This document shows, one piece after another, positions 53,482 through 64,000 of a stretch of DNA of 64,000 nt. Below the pieces are notes generated by a model. It was not told where the DNA came from and made no database searches. It was given only the letters and a program-made list of their open reading frames with translations. A program made the translations under genes and the position numbers. Source of the DNA: the human T2T-CHM13v2.0 reference genome, Homo sapiens; NCBI RefSeq assembly GCF_009914755.1, contig NC_060931.1. The stretch is one strand, 5' to 3'. The first letter of the stretch is position 1. The number at the start of each line of letters is the position of its first letter.

Positions 53482-55910
53482 GATGTGACCAGTTCAAGAG
53501 TGCTAGTGACAATGAGAAAGCTTGGTGTTTCTCTATTCATTCTTGTAATTGAGAGAGATTACAAAATCACGCAGAAGCCTACAGGCATTCAGTGTTAAAT
53601 CAATATATTACTGTCCCTTAATCTGGGAAGGTGCCCAAATTAGATAAACACAAGAGTCTGCACCTTCAAGGGGAAAAATGGATTGTTCCAGGTAGCAGGC
53701 ACAAACTGAGTTGTTTTTCAATCAAGATTTTGAATTATGCTGATCCATCTACATGCCAGACCTGTGCCTCCAGAGCCAACAGCACTGGCCATTCACAACC
53801 TGTTACCCAAAGGCAGGGGTGCAATCTGTGAGTGTGTTGCTGACCAACGCTTGCTAATCCACACCCCTCCACTTTCGCTTCATTGGAACCCCGCTGTAAC
53901 AAGAGTCTGCAGTGTATATATTCTGCTGAAGGCTGGGGCTGCTGAGCTAAGGTTCCTTGGCCAAATCACCAGACTCTCCCAGGCTCTTGGTGTCCTATTT
54001 TCCTCATCTGTGGAACAAGGCTCATATTTTATGTCTATAAAATCAAACTCTCTCTCTATATATACATATATTTAAAATATTTGAAAGAGCTTTGTAAATG
54101 ATAAAGTTATAATACATTATTTAACCAGCTGAGGTTGCAGAAGACTATCTCTAACATAAAACTGCCCCTGGGGATATATGAGTTCGTATGCAATCTGTCT
54201 CCAAAGTCTGTTAGTAAAATACTTAAATACACAATAAATGGTTAATAAATTCAAAAGACAAATCAAGCAAAGCACTATAAATTGTAGACAGAATTATTCA
54301 GTAGTATAGGCGTTAGAATGAAATATTACTTGAATCTTATGCTGGAAATCACATGGGTGATATTTTAATGCCAGTTTTATGCATGCCCTCACTGGCCTCC
54401 AGAATAAAAGTGCTCTTTAACGATTAATTATACATACAGTTCATTTCCCTAATAATACTTCAATGAAAACACTTTTTATGTGTATGCATTTCAACCTAAA
54501 AAGCCCAGATCAACAGTCCTCCAGCTATAGCTATATTCTTATTTACAAAGTGTAGAAAGCAATGGAAAAACTCACTATATCCACAGCTATCCATCACCAC
54601 AAAGAAAAAGCAGAATGAAACAACAAAATTAAAGGCAAATACTGCTTTTCCAAACACAGACTAAATGTTCATAAAAATCCTCTCAGTTTACCAAACTCAC
54701 AAATACTCAAAGTAACATAATACCCCTTTCGAACAAACACAAGAATGACTGTATCAACTAAAGTATAACCAAAACCCTGTGATGGAATGCTTATGCTAAA
54801 ATGTTCTTCATATAGTTATAACTGGACTAATTTTAAAATTAGAATTTTGTAACATAGAATTTCTACAATATAATTTGGAATTCTGAGTGAAAATAAGGGT
54901 ATGAGAAATACACTAAGTATTTTTATCTCTTGGAGACTTACCATAATTCTTGTAGCAGGAAAGCCTGCAGAATGTTAACAAAACAAAATCTCTGAAAATC
55001 CTGACTATATTTTCAGTTGACTTGAAACAAATTTAACCCCTCAATCTCTCCTTAAATTATTATTTTAAATAAGTACTTTTACCCTAAATTTCTTCTTTAA
55101 CAGACCCAGTATTTTCTTGCAACAAAAATCACACTATTGTGGGATATAGGTAATCTTCTTTTTAAAGATTACATAACTTCTTTCTAAACGATGTCCATGT
55201 CTGCGGCTAATTCATAACCAATGTAACTGAAAATAGAAATGGAAATGTTAGAGATTTCCATTTTTTAACAAACATGGGAATTATTTCTCAATTTGAAGAA
55301 CTGCATCTCAGGAATGACTTCCTGGACAAATTAATCAGAATTATCAAGTAGCAAACATTTCATGCTAAGCCAAAGCCAACCAGGTGAGTCAGTCATATTA
55401 TAACATGTATATATAACAACGTACAGTAAAGGCAAAGACAAGAACTAAATGACTTTTTAAAAGGCTGTTAAACTTTACTCACTCCCTTAATATTTTCCAG
55501 GTTTAACTGACGTATAATGAATGCATGTGATCCCGGAACCCATGGAAGAGTATCTACCATATCGAGCTCTAGCTTGAAAAAAAAAAAAAAGGAAAAAACA
55601 AACAAACAAAACAACAACAACAAAAACCTATCTGAATACGTGTTCTGAAAAGCCCACAATAATACCCAATTTATAAGAAGCAAACAACCACAGAACAGAA
55701 AACTCAAGAAAGCACAGCCTTCCACCACCCCTCCCCAGCTAGCCCCATTTTTTTTTTTGCTCTTCATTTCCATTCCATAGTTAAATAAGTACACTTATTC
55801 CAAAATAAAAGGGGAGAAACCTGTTGGAATGGATTTTTAGAAGATAAACACTATAGATGAAGCAACAATAAGTTGCTCGGAGGAAGTTGTCGACCCATTC
55901 ATTTACATAC

Positions 55911-56200
55911 AACCAAAAGAAGATAAACCCACATGTATTCCTATCAGTGAAGATGCAACCTGGTAATTTGCAGGGAAGATAGGATCTCAAATCCCAGACA
56001 GCTACTCTCCCAAAGAGAAAAAAAATAATGCTGTGGCTCTTCACCGAGGCAGCTTCAGAGATGCAGGCTCCGCAACTCGCGAGGTGCGAAAATTCAAATG
56101 AAGCCCTGTCGCTCACAAGTGCGGCATCTCCGAGATGAGGGAGGGCTCGGGGACGGGAAACCCACTCTCGGCCCGCTCCACTTCGCCGAAGAATTCCAAA
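55911..56200 (-). other. NAPEPLD: Candidate alternative first exon of NAPEPLD
   Basis: Donor-like GTT|gtatgt at 55911/55910 at the downstream edge of the CpG island. No transcript evidence is available here. Confidence 0.4.
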
Positions 56201-56400
56201 CCACCCCAGGCTCAGCAGTGTGGATTGCTCCGCCCAGAGACCGTGGAGGAGGCAGCAGAGAGGTCACAGAGCACAGCAGGCGGGAGAAAACCGCCTCCCG
56301 CGAGGTCCAACAGAAACCACGGAGCTCCGGACACTCGGGATCCCGGGCCGCGGGCGCGCGGCCAGAGCGGCGGGGTGCGAGCGCGGGGGTGCGGACTCAC

Positions 56401-56700
56401 CTCGCGCTTGGGGTGGCCGGGAGCGCGCGCCGCCTCAGTTCCGCGGCTTCCGGCCACAGAGTCCCCGCGCAAAGCGCCGCCGCGTAGCGGGAGGGGCGAC
56501 CGCGGCAGGCGCTCGGGTTCTTCCTAACCCGAGCCCGCCGCGCTGGCTCCGCCGAGGACGCCAGCAGCTGCAGGCAGCGCTTCAGCTCTCGCCGCCTCGC
56601 CATCGTTGGGGCGAGTCGTCGCCGGGTCACTCCCTTATTATGACCTTCGAATCTGACAGCAGGGCCAGCGGTGGCCTCCTTCAGGCTGCCTCTCCAGCCC
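56401..56700 (-). other. NAPEPLD: NAPEPLD exon 1 (GC-rich; 5' boundary uncertain)
   Basis: Strong donor GAG|gtgagt at 56401/56400 inside the CpG island. Confidence 0.75.
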
Positions 56701-56751
56701 TTACCAAGATGGCCGCCCCTGTGGGCCGGGGCGCCGAAGCCATCTTGGTAA
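56701..56751. promoter_or_regulatory. Inverted pair of YY1-like motifs (13-bp perfect inverted repeat)
   Basis: TTACCAAGATGGC (56701-56713) and its reverse complement GCCATCTTGGTAA (56739-56751). Confidence 0.7.
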
Positions 56752-57746
56752 AGGAAGCGCCTGGGAGCACGCGGCCTGCCCCGGCCCGCCTCGCGACTCA
56801 AACACTCTGCAGGGACCCTCCTAAGATCAAATTGGTTCCCCCCGCTGTCCTAAGCCAGAGGCTTACTTTCAGATCGCATGAACGCATTCCTGGACACCAG
56901 CCACAGTTGCTAAAACTAAATGGGATCCTGCAGACCCATTGACGGACTGTCATAGCCAACTCAATCACAGTCGAGAAGCATTTGAATACTTACAGCCTAT
57001 GGCGCTAGGATCCTGGTAGCGAAGAAACTAAACTCTAATTTGAAATGTTGTACAGTACGTATTGAATATTAATGGGAGCACGGCATTGTTCACTGTGTGA
57101 TCGTTTACTTTTAAAATGATGTCACAGCCCCCTGGTACACACGGTTCTCATCTAAATTTGCATCTTTTTTAACGCTAGGATAACTATGAAAGAGCATACG
57201 ATTGTGATTCTGAGTTTCTTACTGGATTTGCTTTTTAAACTGCAGAATGAAATTAGTTGTTTCAAGAAGTAAAGTACAGGCATGTTGAAGTAAAATTCAA
57301 CAATGGGTTGTTGGGCAAAAAGATTATAAAAGTCCTGGGGTGTGCCAGGGTCAAAAAAAAAAAAAAAAGCTTGTCCCTGGGGTTATCTTGGCAAAAAAGA
57401 AACCACCACCACAGGTTCTAAATGCAGATAAGACTGGCAGAAAAATGCAGACCAAACTATTCTGCATTTTGAAAGTGAATGTGCCTGTGTGACATTGGAG
57501 GAATGTAAAGAACTGTATGTCAAGTGTGGACTTTATCTCCTCAGGCTAGCTTAGAGTGGCTGCTGAACTTAAGGGTGATTAAGAGCTGCTTGCACCTGGG
57601 TGGAGCTGAAACTGCATAAGGTGAATAATACCTTTGTGCAACAGAAGAAAAAAAAAAAAGTAACAGCATACATACAAACCCAAAGGGTAAGTTGAAGTTA
57701 CTACTCAAAAGTTCTTCATAGTGTTCTTGACTAAGCAACGGAGAAG

Positions 57747-59468
<1,722 letters not shown>

Positions 59469-59931
59469 TAAGGGAGGAGACCACCCCTCATATTGTCTTA
59501 TGCCCAGTTTCTGCCTCCAAAGAAAGAAAAAGTAAAAACTAAAAGGCAGAAATGAAATCCACAAGCAGACAGCCAGGCACCACACCCTGGGCCTGGTAGT
59601 TAAAGATCGACCCCTGACGTAATTGGTTATATTATCTACAGATTGCAGACATTGTATAGAAAAGCACTGTGAAAATCCCTATCCTGTTTTGTTCCGATCT
59701 AATTACGGGTGAATGCAGCCCCCCAGTCAAGTACCCCCTGCTTGCTCAATCGATCACGACCCTCTCACACACACTCCGTTAGAGTTGTGAGCCCTTAAAA
59801 GGGACAGGAATTGCTCACTCGGGGAGCTCGGCTCTTGAGACAGGAGTCTTGCCAATGCCCCTGGCCGGATAAACCCCTTCTTTCTTTAACTCGGTGTCTG
59901 AGGAGTTTTGTCTGTGGCTCGTCCTGCTACA
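59469..59931 (+). mobile_element. 5' LTR of LTR2 family (HERV-E/Harlequin)
   Basis: Starts taagggaggagaccacccc and ends gtcctgctaca (463 bp); directly followed by a PBS. Confidence 0.9.
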
Positions 59932-59936
59932 TTTCT

Positions 59937-59954
59937 TGGTTCCCTGACTGGGAA
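59937..59954 (+). other. Primer-binding site complementary to tRNA-Glu 3' end
   Basis: TGGTTCCCTGACTGGGAA, one mismatch to the tRNA-Glu(CTC) 3' 18-mer complement. Confidence 0.88.
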
Positions 59955-60211
59955 GCGAGGTGATTGGTGGATGGTGGAGGCAGCTCCTTAGGCAGCTTAA
60001 GCCTGTCCTGTGGAACATCCCTGTGGGAGACTGTGACCAGACCAAGCGACACGGATCCTGAGAGCGCTCCCGGGTAGGCATTTGCCCCGGTGGGACACCT
60101 CACCACAGCAGTGTGTGGCAGGCCCCCGTGGAGAATCAACGCAGTGGCTGAACACCGGGAAGGAATGGGCACTTGGAGTCTGGACATCTAAAACTTGGTA
60201 AGACTAATCTT

Positions 60212-60540
60212 TGAAACTTGCCCATTCTGTTTGAGTGGAAGCGTGGCCTGATCACCCATGGCGTGCCTTTATCGGCACTTTGGTTTTGGTTTTGGTTTTG
60301 ACTTGGTTTGAATTGCTTGGCAGGACTGGTCTTGGGAACTTGCCCACTCCATTTGAGTGGAAGTGTGGCCTGATCACCCACAGCATGCCTTTATCGACAC
60401 TTTGGTTTTGGTTTTGACTTGGTTTGAATAGCTTGACAGGATTGGTCTTGGGAACTTGCCTATTCCATTTGAGTGGACGCGTCGCCTGATCACCCACGGT
60501 GTACCTGTACCCGCACTTTGGTTTTTGTTTTTGACTCTAC
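60212..60540 (+). repeat. ERV leader tandem array (~120-bp unit x ~3, with TTTTGG sub-repeats)
   Basis: Repeated unit gaacttgcc..tttgagtggaag..cctgatcaccca..tttggttttgacttggtttgaa. Confidence 0.9.
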
Positions 60541-62840
60541 TTAGATTGCTTGATACTTTGGTTTTGGTTTTGACCTGGCTTGGATTTCTGGATACTCTGA
60601 TTTTGGTTTTGATTTTGGTTTGGTGGAAACTGCAAAAGTGTGTGTGTGCCCTTTTTACCTGTTGTTTTCTTGTGTGCGTGTGGCGTGAGTGTGGTGTTTT
60701 GTCTCGAAGAAGCATAGGTCAGGCACAAATAAGCCCACCCTACCAGGAACTATGTTGAAAATTTTCAGAACAAAATGTAAAGGAGACTATGGAGTACTAT
60801 GACACTAGGAAAATTTAAAACTTTGTGTAAATTAGGCTGGCCAGCGTTAGAGGTAGGTTGGCCATTAGAAGGAAGCCTGGACAAGTCCCTTGTTTCAAAG
60901 GTATGGCACAAGGTAACCTGTAAGCTGGGGAACCTAGACCAGTTCCCGTACATAGACACTTGGTTACAGCTGGTTTTAGACCCCCGCCCCCAACACACAG
61001 TGGTTGAGAGAACAGCAGCATAAGGGGCTGGCAGAGGCAGGGAAAGAACAGCAGAGAGAGAGAAAGGAAACAGACAGAGAGGAAAAGAGGCAAAGGGAGA
61101 GAGGAAGAGACAGACAAAGAGGGATTTAAGGAGAGAGAGAAAGAGAGAGGCAGAGAGAGAGAAGAGACAGAGGCAAAAGGAAAAGTCAAAGAGAGAGATA
61201 CACAAGTAGTTGAGAAAAAAAAAAGTGTACCCTATTCCTTTAAAAGCCAAGGTAAATTTAAAACCTATAATTGATAATTGAAGGTATTCTCCGTAACCCT
61301 ATAACACTTCAATACCACTTTGTTGTCAGTGTAAACAAGGGCGTATCCCAAAAGCACTGAGGCCATCCTATCAAAAATCCTTGACCCAGTAACCCGTGGA
61401 TGGCCCAAATGCATCCAATCTGTAGCGGCAACTGCTTTGCTAACAAACAAAAAAAAAGGTAAGAAGAAAAAATAACTTTTAGGGGAAACGTCATTGTGAT
61501 CACACCTCACCAGTTCAGAAGTATCCTAAGGAAAAAAAAGCGGGGGCAGAATTTATATTAAAAAAAGTATTATATGGTAAATTCTTGTCCTGAAATAAAT
61601 TAACTGGTTGTTTAAAGAAAGAAATATTTGTAATAAGTCAGAAAGTTGAGGCATGTTGAAGAATTGTCTGCGAAAGTCATGAAAAAAAGTTATAAAAAAT
61701 TTATGCAAAAAATGTTGTATAATTTAAAAGTAACTAGGCCTCCTGAATGTAAAACCGTTGAAAAAAAAAAAAGAAAACAGTTTATGTGCAAGGTGTATAA
61801 GAAAAGTAAAATATACCTTTGGTAAAAGGATTATAAGGAGGCCTAAGAATGTACATTTTTACCTACATTAAAAAGTTAAAAAGAATTATTGTTTTGAAGG
61901 TTTAAGCAAGTTTTAAAACGTTAATTGTAAAGAAAATGCTGTTTGTAAACATATTAGCTAAAGTTAAAGAGGTATCATCCAGTTTTTCTGTGAACTGGAC
62001 AGTAAATTAAAAGCATAACAGGTTTTTCTTAAAGCACCAACCTGCTCTTTAGTAAAAATTATAGAAGGTTAAAGAGTCTATAAAATCTTTCCTAATAGTC
62101 AAACATTAAAAAATTAAGTAAATATGTTTACAAGGTTTTATTAAAATTAGGTTTAACATTAATAACACACTAATATAAAGATAAAATTTAGCTTATCTGG
62201 TATAAAAATCATGTGAGAAGCATTGTTAAATGTAAAATGGTATTTGGCTTTCTTTGGTTTAAAAACTAATAAAAATAGGTTCTAAAGGAAATTTCTCAGT
62301 AAAAAAGCACTAAGGACTATAAAGTCCACTGCCAAGGTCCCCATATTTAAAACAAAAGGTCAATTTTCTTAAAAATTATATACTTGGTTTATCTTCCACT
62401 TTCCTTTCTCGCAAAAAAAAAAAAAAAAAAAAAAAAACTGAAAGTCTTTTAGCACAGGTACCACCCCTAGAATTTCTGGTAAACCAGCACCAGCCTGAAG
62501 ATCACGTTATCATCAAAGGGTGGAAAGAAGAAAAACTGGAGCCAGCCTAGGAAGGACCCTACCTTGTGCTGCTAACCACCAAGACTGCTGTTCCTACAGC
62601 AAAAAAAAAAAAAAAAAAAAGGATGGATTCATCACACCCAAGTCAAGAAAGCGCTACCCCCTCCACAGTCATAGGCCATAGTCCCAGGGGAAAACCCTAC
62701 CAAACTAAAGCTAAGAGAAATTTAACTCTTTTCATCTATTCTATTGCTCTTTCTTCTTTCCTCGTTCTATTGCTGACCATCTAGTTATTAACATAACCAA
62801 GTCGATTTCACCTCAAACTATTGCATTTAATGCTTGCCTT

Positions 62841-63147
62841 GGGAACTGGTCTTGGGAACTTGTCCACTCTGTTTGAGTGGAAGCGTAGCCTGATCACCCA
62901 TGGCATGCCTTTATCGGCACTTTGGTTTTGGTTTTGGTTTTGGTTTTGGTTTTGGTTTTTGACTTGGTTTGAATTGCTTGACAGGACCGGTCTTAGGAAC
63001 TTGCCCACTCCATTTGAGTGGAAGTGTGGCCTGATCACCCACGGCATGCCTTTATTGGTACTTTGGTTTTGGTTTTGACTTGGTTTGAATAGCTTGACAG
63101 GATTGGTCTTGGGAACTTGCCTACTCCATTTGAGTGGAAGCATGGTC
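62841..63147 (+). repeat. Second copy of the ERV leader array inside the env region
   Basis: Same units in the same order as 60200-60480. Confidence 0.9.
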
Positions 63148-64000
63148 TGTGAGGACTTGCCAAGTCAAAGACAGCTCTCTACTTCAGAAAAGCACTTCTG
63201 TCCCTCCTGACTCTCCTCAGACTGGGCATTAATAAACTAGGACCATTTAATCCAGGGAGATTTAGATAAAGACCCCAGTGCCAACAAGGAGTCTTGCCCC
63301 CCGACGTAGAGCTTTCATGCCATAGTTGGTCCAATGTTCTGTGGACCACTAAAGAGCAAGGATGGACTGCCCCAGCTGGTTTTGTAATTTCCTAAAACCA
63401 TACATTCATTTTAGTAGAGGATGATAGAAGTTAAAGACTTAAAACAAACTTTAGCAATTAAGACAGGATACCAAGATGCAAATGCCTGGTCAAAATGGAT
63501 CAAATATTCCATCTGCATGTTAAACAAAAGCAATTGTTATGCTTGTGCACATGGCAGGGCCAGAGGCCCAAATTGTCCCCTTTCCACTAAGGTGGTCCTC
63601 CAGTTGGCCAGGTGTGGGCTGCATGGTAGCTGTTTTCCAGGATTCTACAGCCTGGAGTAATAAGTTGAGCCAGTGTTTCAAACTTTCTATGATGAACTAA
63701 ATGCCAGTACCAGAAACTACAAGAAAAACAAGAAATTTGTTTTTGCAATTAGCCGAGCATGTAGCCCAGTCTCGCAATGTCACTTCATGTTATGTATGTG
63801 GAGGAACTGTAATAGGAGATCAATGGCCATAGGAAGGCCGAGAATTAGTACCTACAGACCCAGTTCCTGATGAATTCCTAGCTCAAAAGAATCACCCTGA
63901 TGATTTCTAGGTCCTAAAAGCCTCCATTATTGGACAATATTGCATAGCTAGAGAAGGAAAAGAATTCACTCACCCCATAGGACGACTTAGTTGTCTGAGA

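Larger units (their letters stand above)
56040..56850. promoter_or_regulatory. CpG island / NAPEPLD promoter
   Basis: Very high GC and CpG density compared with the rest of the window; contains YY1-type AAGATGGC motifs. Confidence 0.92.
59932..64000 (+). mobile_element. Harlequin-type non-autonomous mosaic ERV1 internal region (continues past window end)
   Basis: Splice donor TTG|gtaaga at 60198 and leader repeats. Gag MA fragment (WPALEVGWPLEGSLD..DQFPYIDTW) at 60799-61020, AT-rich filler, integrase-tail fragment (EGPYLVLLTT) near 62490-62660, env fragments (SNCYACAHGR; NVTSCYVCGG) at 63420-64000. Confidence 0.85.

Noticed and set aside
56220-56942. 240-aa + strand ORF and other overlapping ORFs in the CpG island
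   Set aside because: Stop-poor GC-rich sequence, non-ATG start, no recognisable domain.
57330-57400. Short A-run flanked by cctgggg copies, possible tiny retro-insertion
   Set aside because: The match is too short and no parent sequence is identifiable.
60212-60540. Regularly spaced repeats resembling a CRISPR array
   Set aside because: Whole ~120-bp units repeat with no unique spacers; this is an ERV leader in primate DNA with no cas genes.

Overview
This is primate (human-like) genomic DNA that I recognise as the ARMC10/NAPEPLD locus (human 7q22.1), not prokaryotic sequence. The + strand carries the last two coding exons and 3' UTR of ARMC10. The - strand carries the complete NAPEPLD gene: CpG-island exon 1 and four coding exons that splice into a 393-aa metallo-beta-lactamase-fold N-acyl-PE phospholipase D. 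The two genes end tail-to-tail with polyadenylation signals about 50 bp apart. Introns and the upstream flank hold about 40 Alu/FLAM/FRAM elements, a full-length decayed L1PA7-like element, a truncated L1PA2-like element, HAL1, L2/MIR, LTR and DNA-transposon relics, RPL19 and RPL23A processed pseudogenes, and the 5' 4.5 kb of an LTR2/Harlequin (tRNA-Glu PBS) provirus. I see no wholly new biological system. The best leads are: an in-frame 73-aa Arg-rich N-terminal extension of NAPE-PLD; a 13-nt microexon in the NAPEPLD 3' UTR; a palindromic double-YY1 hairpin in the promoter; an Alu+L1 composite inside one target-site duplication; an ectopic copy of the ERV leader array inside env; and a templated insertion within the L1. 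Repeat subfamily names and consensus comparisons come from memory and need RepeatMasker/Dfam confirmation.
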